Shown: positions 28,076-41,610 of the stretch, piece by piece
Numbering within the stretch: position 1 is the first letter of the stretch
How the letters are laid out: each line of letters begins with the position of its first letter
Assembly (NCBI GenBank): GCA_010405405.1
Contig: MU004237.1
Coordinates: forward strand, 1,561,345-1,625,344
Length of the DNA stretch: 64,000 bases
Direction of reading: 5' to 3'
Source of the DNA: Microthyrium microscopicum
Lineage: Eukaryota
Notes under the pieces: model-generated
The model's database searches: none
Told to the model about the DNA's origin: nothing
What the model saw: only the letters and a program-made list of their open reading frames with translations
Made by a program: the position numbers and the translations under genes

Positions 28076-28214
28076 TGTCTGCCATTGGTATTGTTTACGG
28101 AAGAATTCTTCTTCTTACGTTTTCGTTGCCTCATTCCACGCATTGCGAACCCTCCATTCAAGCGCCCTATACTCATCTTCGCGAGAGCACGGCTGCCGTA
28201 TGTTCATTCAAACT

Positions 28215-29896
28215 CTATTCCTCGGGAATTACGTGATCCTCGGCAGCAACACCGGTCTTCCAACGATAACTTGCCGCTGGATGTTCTTGTCGAGGACCGC
28301 TTTCGCCAGGTGTCTGATACACATTCTCTCGATACGTCCCGCCTTCTACAGCGTATTCATCCCAGAACAGGCCTCTCTTTTTAAGCTCGGGCATCAAAAG
28401 CTCAATAACATCAACAAACGTCCCTGGCTTTAGAGCATAAGCTATGTTGAAGCCGTCGACATCAGCTTCCTCGACCCATCGTTCAAATTCGTCAGCTACT
28501 TGTTCCGGCGTGCCGACGACTGTAGCTCCAAGACCGCCGATCGTGATGTGTTTCGCGACTGTATGTTTAGTCCATTTTGCGACCCCGGGAGAGGATTTGG
28601 ACCACGCTTCGACTGCGGACCTAAAACACGACACGTAAGCCATGATTCGCTGCTACTTAAGGCCCTTCTTACCGAATTGCGTTGCTTTCAACACTTCTCA
28701 ATTCTTCATCATCCTCATATTTCGCCAAATCAATCCCGGTCCAACCACCAAACAACGCTAAAGCTCCCTCGATGGACCCGTATTGGCTATAATCATCAAA
28801 TTTCGCTTTCGCCTCCTCTTCTGTCTTTCCAACAACCGGGCATATAAGCGCGAGGAACTTCAAATCCTCCCTCTTCCGTCCATATTGAGTGAAAGCCAAG
28901 TCCCTGATCTCCTTCACGTTCTTCGCCACGACTGATGGGCTATGTCCAGCAACGAATATTGCTTCAGCATGCTGTGCCGCAAAATTCTTCCCAGCTTTGG
29001 ATGTGCCTGCTTGGAGCAGCAATGGAGTACGTTGCGGGGACGGTTGGCAGATATGAGGTCCTGGAACTTCATAGTATTTGCCAACGTGGTTGATCTCTCG
29101 AATGAGCTTTGGGTCGGTGTATATGCCCTTTTTCCGATCCAGACGGACGGCATCGTCGCGCCAGGAGGATTCCCAGAGTTTGTACATGACTTTTACATAT
29201 TCTTCTGCGATGAGGTAGCGCTCGTCGTGCTATGATCGTCAGCGATGAGCTTGTGGCCTTTGGTTTGGCAGGACCTACAGCTGTCTGCTCCGTGAAGCCG
29301 AGATTTCTCGCCGCCGAGTCCAGATATCCTGTTACAATCTAAATCATCAACACTCACTCTCCATACTGGAGCCTTAAATAACAACTCACATTCCACCCAA
29401 GGCGGCCTTTTGATAAATGATCAACAGTGCTCAACCGTCTCGCCAAATGATAAGGCTGCTCGTACGTAGTTGCGACCGTAACTCCAAAGCCAATACTCTT
29501 TGTTGCCGCTGCCATAGCTGAGATCATCGCCAACGGCTCATTGACTGGCCACTGCGCTCCAGATCGAATTGCAGCCTCGAGATTTCTAGGTCCATTGTAT
29601 ACGTCGTAGCCTCCAAGCACGTCCGCAATGAAGATGCCATGGAAGTTCGCATCCTCCAGGAGCTTTGCTAGCTTGACCCAATGATCTATGTCGTTGAATT
29701 TGTGGCTCTCATCGTCTGGATGCTGCCATAGACCTGGGGACTGATGACCGCTGCATGTTTCGACGAAGGCATTGAGAATGAGCTGTTTCTTGCTCTTTGA
29801 GTGGCCGTTGGTCGGAGCTGTCTTTCTTCTTTTGTTGGGAGATTCATTGGCTTTGCTTGCTTCGGCATTGCTGGCGGCTTTTCTTCTTGGAGGCAT
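28215..29896 (-). CDS. FMN-dependent luciferase-like monooxygenase, NtaA/SnaA/DszA family; 4 exons (29896-29390, 29338-29279, 29229-28673, 28620-28215)
   Basis: LILNAF...GHQSPGLW, FHGIFIADVLGGYDVY, PYHLARRLSTVDHLSKGRLGWN-IVTGYLDSAARN, HDERY, PSPQRTPLLLQAGTS and DVDGFN. Confidence 0.92.
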
Positions 29897-30727
29897 TATA
29901 ATTCAACAATATGTTCAAATTTTGGAAAACTAGGAACACCACAATGAAGAAAACTACACTGAGAAAAGCTCAAGCTCCTAGAATGGAAAGAGCTATGACA
30001 TCTCTGACGTAGTTTTGCAAAGATGTATGCGCTCCGGGATCTATTGGCCGCTACATGGGATTTGGTGGTATTGGGTCGAAATACCTTGTGGTTGCGTGCT
30101 TTTAGCTTGCATTTCATGTCAACACCAAGCAGATCTCCAAAGCACACCTTCACCAATCTCAATCACCAATACCCATCAACAACAATTTTACACATTTTCA
30201 TTGGTTCGATGGATATAGAAAATGTGCTACGAGTAATGTCGGAACTTGTTCTTGAAGAAAAATGACAGGTTGAGCACGTAATATAGAATTCAAAGGCGTA
30301 ATGGCATCCCCAAAGTCGGGTATTTTCTTTGCCGGTGCTATTTTGGCTATGAACCATACCGATAGTCGGAATCAAATCCTTGATCATCGTGGGGTTGTTC
30401 TGAAAATTTTCCCGCGAGGCTGGCACGGCTAGAAACCGTGGTTTTGGGCCTTTCGTCAGGGAACCGCATACCTGAAGATATCAGTTCGCATGGTGTAGTC
30501 TTGTAGTGTCATGGGCCTAGAACTCTTTCCGCGACTACTGGATGCTATGACTTGAGAAAACATGTTTTGAAATCGCTGTCTCTTTGTCACTTGTTGATCG
30601 TCGAGCTGTACTCAACAAGACGGTGCTCTACATTTTATACTCGCCTCATACAACAACGCCTTTCATTTTGGCTCCTTCTCAGCACCTGGCGTGTCATAAC
30701 TCAATTCTACATTCAAATTTGGCAGCA

Positions 30728-33220
30728 ATGTTGGACCAGCGGGCGGCGGATGCCACAGCTGTGGCTCCTCCATTGTCCCAAGCCGTTGGATATATCATTG
30801 TGGTCGTATTTGGGCTCGTGATTGCGTTCAGTCAGTGATCTTGGGTTCAAATATGTTTCACCGTTAACGAGGATAATAGCAATGATATTCGTGACAAGAA
30901 TATTGAAAAAGACCATCGGTGAAGATAACGAAAAGACTGAAATGTAAGTCATGCCTCTTCTTCTTATCGTGTTGAATCAATTGACATTTGGCGCAGGTTT
31001 ATCACGGCGAACAGAACTGTGAACACGGGACTAACAGCCTCTGCCGTCGTATCGGTAAGTTCATATACATCTTACCCATGCGCCTTGAAGCCTGATAGAC
31101 AATTCTAGGGATGGTTATGGAGTACTGCCATGCTCGGTTCCTCCTTTGTCGGGTACTCCAATGGCCTCGCAGGACCGTTCTGGTTTGCCGCTGGGTGCTC
31201 GCCGATGATTGTGTTTTTTGCTGTATTAGGCATATCTTGCAAGAGAAAGATACCTCAAGCGCATACTCTGCTTGAAATCATCCGTATCCGTTATGGTAGG
31301 TCTTATCCTACCACAATAAATACTTGAAAATGTTAATGGATTGAGTTAGGCACTACGGCACATATTGTGTACATCGTACTATGCCTCATCAACAATATTA
31401 TTGCAGTAGCCAACATGCTATTGGGAGCTTCGGCGGCAATCTCAGCTATGTAAGTCAAGCGATACCTAGAGGACCCTCGATTAACCATTGTTAGGACGGG
31501 AATCAATATCATTGCAGCGACGTTTTTACTACCTGTTGGTGTGGCTCTTTATACATTTGTAGGAGGAATCAAAGCGACGTGAGTAATGGGTTATCCCCAA
31601 GTTCGCACAGTGCTAACATTTAAAGCTTTTTGACCGATTACGTACATACCTTTACTATCCTAATTATCCTTTGCTATTTCTCCGTCAAGGTCTGGGCGCT
31701 TGATGAGGTGCAATCCGTCAGTCATCTCTATGAGCTGGTTACAGCTGCCACCAACAGAAATCCGATCGCAGGAAATCAGGATGGATCATATTTCACGATG
31801 ACTTCAAAGAATGTATGTATAGTTTCATCTAGGACATTGCGATAAACTGACATCACAAGGGAATTTTTTTCGGGATACTTCACATTTGCGCGAACTTTGG
31901 TCTAGTCATCGTAAGTCAATTCACCTTTTGCTAATGGATTCCATCTAACATCGTCTAGATGGACACAAGTTTCTTTGTCAAAGCATTCGCTGCATCTCCA
32001 AAAGCCGTTGTACCAGGCTATATAATAGGAGGACTTGCATACTTTGCCATTCCCTGGGCAATGGGAACCTTAGCTAGCTCTGTCGTTCTTGGGCTTGAAG
32101 ATAACCCTATATTTCCAACATATCCTCGAGTAAGTCCTCGCTGCAAATTTTGAATACGATCCAAGTCCTAATCTCAATCCAGAGAATGACACCAACAGAA
32201 GTCAGCAATGGCCTAGTCCTCCCCTACTTCGCTCTAACAATAGCTGGAAAGGGCGGAGCAGCGGCCATAACACTTATAACATTCATGGCTGTAACCAGCA
32301 CACTAAGCGCACAAGTCATCGCTGTGAGCTCCATCATCAGCTTCGACATCTACCGCACCTACTTCAATCGTACTGCGACAGATAGAGACGTGATTCGCTG
32401 GTCTCACTACGGCGTCATATTTTTCGCAGTCTTTGCTGCCGCATTTAGCACCATGCTACACTACGTAGGAGTTGATCTCGGATGGACCCTATATATGCTT
32501 GGAGTTCTTACATGTCCCGGAATTTTCCCCACGGCATTTACAATCCTCTGGAAACGGCAAAGCCGAGTCGCAGCCATTGTGAGCCCACTGCTCGGTATGG
32601 CGACCGGCCTTGGTGTCTGGTTAGGCTCAGCATCAGCTCTATACGGCGGTGTTTCTGTAGCCACAACCGGACAAACCCTGCCATGCGTATATGGAACTGT
32701 GGCATCTTGTTTTTCACCGTTGATATACTCGCCCCTGATCACGCTTTTCAAGCCGCAGAACTTTCTCTGGTCCGAATTTCGCAAGGAATCTTTGGCCTTC
32801 GAAGTCCAGCATTTATCAAACAGTGGTGTCGAAACCAAATTTGATGAGCAGGCGCAAGATGATAATCAGCTTAAGCGATGGGGTCGTATTGCTGCTATAT
32901 GGGCAGTGGCAACGTTTTTGGGCCATTGGGTGCTGTGGCCTTTGCCCATGTATGCCAGTCACTACGTTTTTAGCGAAAAGGTAAGCGCTTGGCTGAGCCT
33001 GTTGAATTTTGACAGTATGACTGACGGAACCTAGTTCTACGCTGCTTGGCTTATAATTGCTATAATATGGCTATGGGGAACGCTATTCATGGTTGGATTT
33101 TATCCGTTAATAGATGGAAGAGCGCAGATTCTTGCTGTCTTCAAGGCTCTGAGAGGAGTCAAGAAACAGGCGGATAGTGGTAGTAGTTCTATCTCTGTAG
33201 ACGCTCCTGTCAAAGAATGA
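30728..33220 (+). CDS. Dur3-like urea/polyamine active transporter (sodium:solute symporter family), many introns
   Basis: PPLSQAVGY start, FITANRTVNTGLTASAVVS, GLAGPFWFAAG, AHTLLEIIRIRYG, GGIKAT-FLTDYVHT, GGLAYFAIPW, FMAVTST..SSIISFDIYRTY. The last exon 33035-33220 ends with TGA. Confidence 0.88.
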
Positions 33221-33845
33221 GACTTTGCGCATGCGGTTGTGATAGCAGATTTTAGATATATATACGACGAACCACACACCTTAGCCTAGCCTACCATCGC
33301 GGAACAGAAACTGTTTGAATATGTGTCGATGCCTATCAAAATATTCGATAGAACAAAACAATAATAATGATTCAGCGCCTACAAACCCAGCTTGTACCTG
33401 TGTATGAATCCGAGACCGCAAAGCTGTAAGACATGGTAACATTCTCCTTATCGACATTCACAAGAAATGACTATATGCAAGGCTCAAATTCAGTAGACCA
33501 AATTCGTAAATCGCAGGCGAAATTCAACTGTTAGATACCCCACACGAATGGGTACCGCTACTTTGTCATAGTATCCTGCAGTTAATTGGTGTAATAACGC
33601 TGTTGTATGGCGACATTTGTACCAGGTCCCTGGCACGCATTTCAAATCATTACCCGAAATCGCCGGGCTTAGGAGGACAGGATTAGATGTAATTGTACTT
33701 TATCTCTAAATTCCGCACTGAAGTAGAAATAGGAGTATATGTCAGGGATTGTTATATGGCTCACACCCTAGGAGTTTGATTCCTAGCCCAAATTAACCAC
33801 TGCTATCTTGCGGCCTATCGACAGCAGCTGGAAGATCCTTTCAAT

Positions 33846-35371
33846 ATGGAGACTTTGGTTGAAAGCAGTACGCTCCAGTGGGAGTTACACGATGAACCTT
33901 TGGAAGAGCGAATTATGAGCATATTTTCAGAGCAATGGGCTTTGCCACCTTCGCTTCATGAAAAGGAGCCACCAAGAAAACGGCGGCGCAGTGACAGCGT
34001 TCAGTCTCCCTTGATCGCACCACAACATGAACCAAAGAGGGTAAAGATTGAGAAGATCTTTCAGCATTCTACTGGACAGCTTGCATTGCCAGAAACGCAA
34101 CGAGTGCTCCTTTTACATGCTATGAAAGAGAAGTATAGGTTGGAGGAGAAGTATGAGATGCCAAAGATATTACATCCTGAAGAGATCATCGTACGGACAG
34201 ACGCAATTGGTTTGAATCCAATTGACTGGAAAGCTCCGTTAGTCTTTTACTCCCAAGTACAGAAGTGGTTCAGTGATTCATGTCTTCGCAGGGATTTTGG
34301 TTTCGGCATTCCACAACTACCATGCATATCGGGACGAGACTTTGCTGGCACTGTTGTATTGGATGCCAAAAAGGCTTCAAGAATAAATACGGGCGATGTG
34401 GTAAGTTAGTCGTGTCACTGCTTGAGCGCAATTACTAACAGCAAACTACAGGTCATTGGAATCTCGACAGATTATCGAGACTTGCGAAAATCTGCCTTCC
34501 AGGAGTATGTCGTCGTCAACGAGTTTAACTCTTGTAGGATCCCCAAAAACATATCTCAGACCAAGGCAGCATCACTAGGCGTTGCATTTGTAGCTGCCGC
34601 ACTCTCGTTAGGAATTTGTTGTGGCGTGGATTTCTCTTCTCTCATGGAAAAGAATAAAGGGCCGGATCTATTACAGATCGTCAGATCACTATCAGATGGG
34701 GTTCTACCCAAGGACATTGCGGCTGAGTGCTTGAGCGGGATCAATAGTTCAGAGAGACCCAAACGAGGTGATTGGATCGCGTTCTGGGGAGGTAAGTAGA
34801 TCTTTTTTTTTGACAAGAACAGAGCTGATGCTGATTAGGCTCTTCTACCACCGCAATTATTGCTGCTCAGCTAGCGAAGCTCTGCGGGCTCAAAGTCATA
34901 TCAATTGTTGATGTAGAAAAGCATGGCTCCAAGCAGTTCGGCCGGGTGGTCGACTTACTTGTGGATAGTCATAACCCAGAGCGTGCCATCAACATTGTAC
35001 GCTCGGTCACTGGCGGGAAACTGCGCTTCGGTATAGACACAATTGGAAAAATCACAGCATCCAGCCTCTCTGAGACTTTACAAACCACATCAGACGATAC
35101 AATTACTAGAAGTCACCTCATCGGACTATCAGGCGTGCCAAAGGAGAATAAAGAGGGTCTTGCCTACCATACTGTGCCAATCAAGCTTTTCCACGAAGTT
35201 CAATCAGTTGGCGAAAGTTTAATGGTTTGGTTGGAGAAGCTTTTGAAGGATAGCGAAATTTCACTTCCAGACACCTTAGTACTGCCTGGTGGTCTTGGGG
35301 CCATAAATGATGGACTGGATATGATGAGGAGAGGCGAGATCTCCGGAAAAAGACTTGTGATAAAGTCCTAG
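33846..35371 (+). CDS. MDR/GroES-like oxidoreductase with basic N-terminal extension; introns 34238-34291, 34401-34451, 34792-34838
   Basis: AIGLNPIDWKAP-DFGFGIP..GRDFAGTV, STDYRDLRKSAFQEY, spliced IAFWGGSSTTA and GEISGKRLV. Confidence 0.85.
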
Positions 35372-36025
35372 ATATTGGAAGCTATAATTGCACCTATGAG
35401 CTATGTCTTTTTTACAGAGACAATACATTTCTAGATCATGAATTGCAAAAATGATTCAGTTGCTATACAAGTAATGACCTCAAATCCTCTCCGGGAACCA
35501 AAATTCTTTAGTCTTTGCAACTTCGATCCAAGAGTACTACAATGTTCTAGACTCGCGGAACTAGAAAATCTCGCCGGGAATTTTTTTAATTGATCAATTT
35601 TCTTCAGAGCTATAGCTCTCTATTATAAGCACAATGACACTGCCAACAACTCCAGAATATTAAAAAGAACTGGAACCTCAGGAAAGGGAAAGTTTGCCAG
35701 GAAACTAGATCTGAATGGGGGAATAGAATACAAGTAGACGAATTCAGCCCTGCGATGGTGTTATATGCACCGACCAAATTTGATGCCATGGGCGAAGATC
35801 TTGCGACATGCACTTTCACCACGAACTAAGATCCAACATTAGGTAAGAGGCTGTACCACGGGCGAAGCGCGTCGTACAAAAGCCTTATTTGCCTGTAGAG
35901 ATTCCAATATACGCTCCGGTCGTGAGTAACAGCTAATTCGCTATATATCTTTGGGCTTCATCCCACGAATTTGGTGATTTTACAGCCCTAGAGATATTCG
36001 ATATCAACTTTTTCCCTTTGAAAGG

Positions 36026-36919
36026 ATGTCGTCCGACTTGGCTCCAGCCAGCTATAATAACAATGGCAAACATCTTGAACATAGTCAACAGAGAGATCTA
36101 GAGAATCAACATACTCGGGAATCTATCAATGAAAAGCCTTCACCAAAAACTTTGGGTGCTGGAGTGAGTCCATCATTTTTACGCTAAAATCCCTATGCTA
36201 ACAATTGAAAACAGACTGCTTTGGCCATCGGCGCTTTTGGAACAACACTTACTACACTTTCTTTGAGTTTGATGGAATGGCGTGGAGTAACAACAACCAA
36301 CGTCTACGTTGCCAATTTCTTCTTCATTGCAGCTTTTGGCCTGGTGGTTACTGCACAATGGGAGCTGGCCGTTGGAAATGGATTTGCTTACACTGTGTTC
36401 AGTGCATTTGGTAAGGATCATTTCAACAAAGCTGAAGGTTATGAGCCTAACACTCTACAGGTCTTTTCTACGCTGGATATGCTGCGATCTTAACTCCATC
36501 ATTTGGTATTGCTGCAGCTTACGGAACAGACACCGCTCAGTACAACAATGCTCTTGGATTCTTCATGATATGTAAGTCATTAAATGGAGGTTTCGAAGTC
36601 AAGCTGACATAATTCAGTATGGACCGTCTTCGTCCTAATGTTTTTCATTGCATCACTACCCACGAATTTGGTGTACATTCTCGTATTCTTCTTTGTAGAC
36701 GTGGGATTCCTCACAGTTGCCGCTTCTTATTTTGCTGCCGCCGATGGAAACGCAGCTTCTGCCACAGGATTGAAGAAAGCTGGAGGAGCTTTCTGTTTTA
36801 TTGCAGGTTTAATTGGCTGGTATCTAACCCTCCATTTATTGATCAAAGACTCTATCGTGGAATTGCCACTAGGGGACACTTCGAGATTTTTCGGAAGAAA
36901 GAAGAAGAACGTGGAGTAA
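36026..36919 (+). CDS. GPR1/FUN34/YaaH family (acetate/ammonium-related) membrane transporter, 4 exons
   Basis: ALAIGAFGTTLTTLSL, AQWELAVGNGFAYTVFSAFG-LFYAGY, YNNALGFF, KAGGAFCFIAGLIGWY and LPLGD; about six hydrophobic segments. Confidence 0.85.
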
Positions 36920-37733
36920 ACGACGTGGTGGGCACGAATATCAATTCCATAGCTTAGTAGAAATACACTAGTTCTGAGGTGCCGTTTCAACGTACTCTTT
37001 TCAATCAAGAAACTCAAGCGACTGACAGATTTGTCGTTATATTACCAACAGCCTCGCTCCCACCCGCGCTATTAATGAAAGGATACTGTAATTCCCATCG
37101 CTTTTGACACAGGAGTAAACCGAAATGTAAAGCAGACGCGGCAATTGAAAAACTGTGTATTATGAATTCTATTTGCCAATATGCTGTTGCATTGTCAAGT
37201 GTTCCTCTAGACCGATGCTGTATTACGCGATATGCAGATCAGATTCGATTGAATTAACCTGACCAATACAACAATTTCTCATGCACCCGCATTCCAGGTA
37301 AAAGCAAGACTTTTCATCGAGGTTGTTTACAGGCTACCCGTAGCGTATATGCAATGATGATCCTCCATCAATTTACAAGTTGAACCAAGATTGTCACAAC
37401 ATCAACGCACCCCCATGGCGTATGATAGAGGGTTTTAGGTGCTCATGCAAGCTCTGTCTCCAAGAAATCGCCATTTTGACCAGCTTTGACGATTGAGTAT
37501 CACTGTAGGCTGGAAGTTGTCATTCATGCGAGTCGTATACGGCTGTCAAAACCAAGACAAAAAAAGAGCTCATGGCGGTTGCATAAAGACGGAAGAGAAG
37601 ATGAAGATGACGACATGGAGGTATACATATTCTAAATGAATCTTCCAGTATATCATACCTGATGTACATTATGATTCCTTCGTTATGATTTCTACCTAGC
37701 TCACACAAACGAAGTCCAGCCAAAGCACCCAAG

Positions 37734-39147
37734 ATGGGAGAAAACGGACTCAACGTCAAAGCTGTGCGCTATACAGATCCTTCGACATATGACAGTTACA
37801 AGAGTCAATGGGAAAGTCTTCCTGAAAACCATGAGCAATGGGTTGCCAGAGCTCGCGAAGTTGCACATATTCTTCTTGTCGATGCTGTCAAGAGAGATCA
37901 GGAAAACAAGTCTCCCTTGGCCGAGATCGCTCTTCTAAAGCATGCTGGTCTTCTGAAAGTATTGGGGCCAAAGAAATACGGCGGAGGAGGGCAACCATGG
38001 AGCGCAGGATATGCAGTTATTCGTGAAGTGGCCAAGGCAGATGGGTATGTTCCTCTCGACCTTGACTTCACTTTTGAGTAGAGAACATGTACTGACTGCG
38101 ACTAAGCTCACTCGGAATGCTGTTGGGTTATCATTTGCTTTGGTCGACAACAGCGAATGTCGTTGGCACGCGAGAGCAGGCTGAGCGCGTCCAAGAGCTC
38201 ATCATTTCCAAAAATTACTTCGTGGGCGGCGCTGTGAACCCACGGGACGCAGATCTCAAGATCACCAATGATGGAGAAGGCCTCGTCTTCAACGGCTTCA
38301 AACACTTCAATACTGGAGGTGTTGTCAGTGACCTTACAGTGCTTGAAGGCGTGTACGAGGACACGGATAACCATATCTTTGCTATTGTAGAGACCAATCA
38401 ATCTGGAATTCAATTCCTGCACAATTGGGACAACGTGGGCCTGCGATTGACAGAAAGCGGCAGCGTTAAAATCGCCAACGTACGAGTTCCATGGTCTGAT
38501 GCCTTGGGGTGGGATGCTTCAGCAAAGGCGCCTATTGCAGAGATATTGACGATCCCATTTGGAAGTCTGCTATTGCCAACGTAAGTCGCCATGTATTTGG
38601 GAGTCAAAGTAGTAAGACGCTGATCAAGTATAGTATCCAGCTAGTCTTCAGCAATTTCTACCTTGGTATCGCTATCGGAGCACTTGAGTATGGTGCAAAA
38701 TACACCCAAAGCTCAACTCGAGCTTGGCCATACGGTGGTGATAACAAGGAGAAGGCTACGGATGAGTTCTATATCCTCGAGCGTTATGGCAATTATTTCG
38801 CTCATCTCAGGGCCGCTGAAGCCTTGGCCGACCGCGCTGGAGAGAGAGTATCCTCTATTTACGCAGCTCATTCTGAAACTCGGAGCTCATTGACAGCGGA
38901 ACTACGGGGTGAGCTGGCTGAATGGGTGGCCAGTGTCAAGGTAGTTACCACAGATGTTGGCCTTCAAGTCACATCTGGTGTCTTCGAGGTCACTGGGGCC
39001 AAAGCTACGGCCTCAAAAGTAGGATTGGACAGGTTTTGGCGAGATATCCGCACGCACACTTTGCATGACCCGGTGGCCTACAAGAACAGGGAGCTTGGGA
39101 AATATGTTCTGTTGCAGGAAGCCCCCGAGCCAACCTGGTATACTTGA
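37734..39147 (+). CDS. Acyl-CoA-dehydrogenase-fold flavin monooxygenase, DszC/SfnB-like; introns ~38045-38107 and 38581-38633
   Basis: YGGGGQPW..REVAKADG-SLGMLLGYH, GGAVNPRD, NGFKHFNTGGVVSD, WDNVGLRLTESGSV and GLDRFWRDIRTHTLHDPVAYK. Confidence 0.9.
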
Positions 39148-39370
39148 TGAGAAGCTCGAAATTTCGTTTCTACAACCTCGCAGACCGTAATATCGAATTT
39201 CAATGTAGCGAGACCTTGTTGCAAGAAACTAATTCGTAGCCAGCTTCCCCTTTTTGAAGCCCATAACTCTTGGTAAAGTGATGTGTTGTAAATTCTGCCA
39301 CAAGCCTCGTTAGTTGCTAAACTCGCTGGACTGATACACAACGAGCATTCAAGCAGTACCCCCAGTCTCA

Positions 39371-41610
39371 TTAAACACTAATCCACCTCGCCATCCACGT
39401 ATCCAAAATATCCTTCGCCTCATCTACCAACCCCATCTCAACAAGCAACTGCACCGTCCCCCTGACTCCACTCTCCAGCGCACTCCAAATCCACGCATGC
39501 GTGTAACTCGTATGCTCACCAATAAATACCGTCCCCATCTCCGTCTGAAAATAGGCTGGCAAATACAACTCCTGCTGCCCTACACTTGGGCTTGCCCATG
39601 CGCCCGCTTGAAAACTGCTCTGATCCCAGCACACGCGGTCATACACGCCTGTAAATTCCTTCGCTGCAATGGGACCATGGATCTCCACCATGGCGCGCTG
39701 GACGTAGGATACGTGGTCTGATTCAGACATGCTGGTGAAGGTGCGCGCATCGGTTCCTTCGGCGTAGCTGGCGAGTAGCACGCCTGGGCCAGTTGCGTTG
39801 AGTGTGTAGCTTGGGTAACACACGGAACCTAGAAGGGGGATGTCGGTGGCTCCGCAGCCACCGAGGATGGGATAGGGAAGATGTTCCCAGAAGCGAGTCT
39901 TATAATGTAGTGCGATTTTGCAGCTTGGATCGTAGTCGAATGAGTCGATGGCGCGAGATATTAGGGAGGAGAATGGTGGGTTCATGCGCCATGCGCGCAC
40001 GATAGAGAAAGGCACGGCGACGAAAACGTAGTCGTATATGCTACTCTCTGCATCCGGTGCGGTGGTGAATGGGTCGGCCGTAGTGTTGCGATACTTTACG
40101 GTCATTTTGCTGGTGGTGTTGTCATAGGAGAGGGCAGAGACGCGGGTGTTGAGTTTGGTGCGGTTGAGTGTGAATGGCTCCATGCCGCGCCAGAGAGATG
40201 AGAGGCCTTTGTCGATGGTGCGCCAGTCTGAGGCGGAGAAGTAGACCCCTTCGTAGGTATTTCCCCAGACGGGTGCATCGTCGCCAGTGGAGTCGATCTG
40301 GTCGGTGATGTTGAGGTCGTTGTTTAGGACATGGCGAATGTACTGAGACTCGGACCAGTCGAAGAGGCCGTTTTCAACTGCCATTTTATGTGCTTTGAAT
40401 ATATTCTCGGTATAGCTCTTGAAGTATTCGCTAGTTGAGCCTTTGTCAAGTCCTGCCCACTTGTTGAACGCTGCAGTCGCAACATCTATCGCCGTCTCAT
40501 TGACAACACCAACCTCAGCGGTAGTCGCGAGACTGGAATTTGCAAGAACTTCCGCCATTCCCGGTATCGTTCCATCCGGCCTCCTTTTATCAGTATCGAC
40601 TGGAGCGTTAGGACTCATTTGAATCCACTTGATGAAATTGATCATCAAATCCGACTTATTACCATTCCTCTCGTTCACCGCATCAGCCAACTGGAATACC
40701 AACTGATGATCCTTAATTGGCAGCGTCTCATTCGAATTTGGATCCTTCACACTGACCGGAAATCGCATAGGCCCCATCTCCTGATACTGATACTGGTCCG
40801 GCCGTGTCCCATTGAGATAGCTCGTATGAATGCGGCCGCCGATCCGCGTTGATGCCTCTAGAATTTCCCAGTTATGCATTCCGATTGAATCAAGCAAGAA
40901 CTGTTTCTAGATCAGTATGGGCGTCCGGTAGAGAGAGATAAGGCTCATACCGCAGTCATCAACCCACTCATACCACCACCAACAATCCCAATCCTCTTCT
41001 CCTTAACATGCGCCACAAACACATCATCCGGTTCCTTCTGACTCAAATACTCGACACCATCGAACCAGGGGCCCAACGAATCCGTAATATCCGCAAACTC
41101 GGCGCCATACGCCCGTGTCTTAAAGTTAGCTTTTCCAGAAGCTGTTGATTTGGCTGCTGTTTTGTGTGGCCTCGTCCTCCCACGCTTTTCCAATCTTTTC
41201 TTGACATCAATTGGTTTCGAACTTCCAACCAACACTTGCTCTGCATTCCCTTCGGATGTCAGATACGCAGAGATACAGCCACCAGTAACAGCTTCATCCT
41301 TCACCAACCAAACAAATCTCGTCGGTCTCCTATCCTCATAGCTGTTTTCATGGCGTTTGGCGAGCGGATGAGAGCCAATATGCGTAGATCCGAGAATGTG
41401 ATGTGATTTCCCCAGCTCTTGAAATCCACAACTCCCATATGCAATGGTTAGATTGCCATCCAGAGGAGCAGTGTATGTAATATGTACATTATGGGCGCCG
41501 CCCGGCTCAGCAATTATCGGAGAACTGAATCGGACGCTTTGCTTACTTGGAGTGGCATAGACGGCAACGCCAAGGAAAGTGTGGATTGCCACAAGCTGTA
41601 GGAATATCAT
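39371..41610 (-). CDS. Secreted flavin amine oxidase / L-amino-acid oxidase-like protein; intron 40901-40950
   Basis: Signal peptide MIFLQLVAIHTFLGVAVYA. FAD-binding IGIVGGGMSGLMTA-FLLDS..ILEASTRIGGRI, EMGPMRFP and FIGEHTSYTHAWIWSALESGVRG. Confidence 0.9.
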
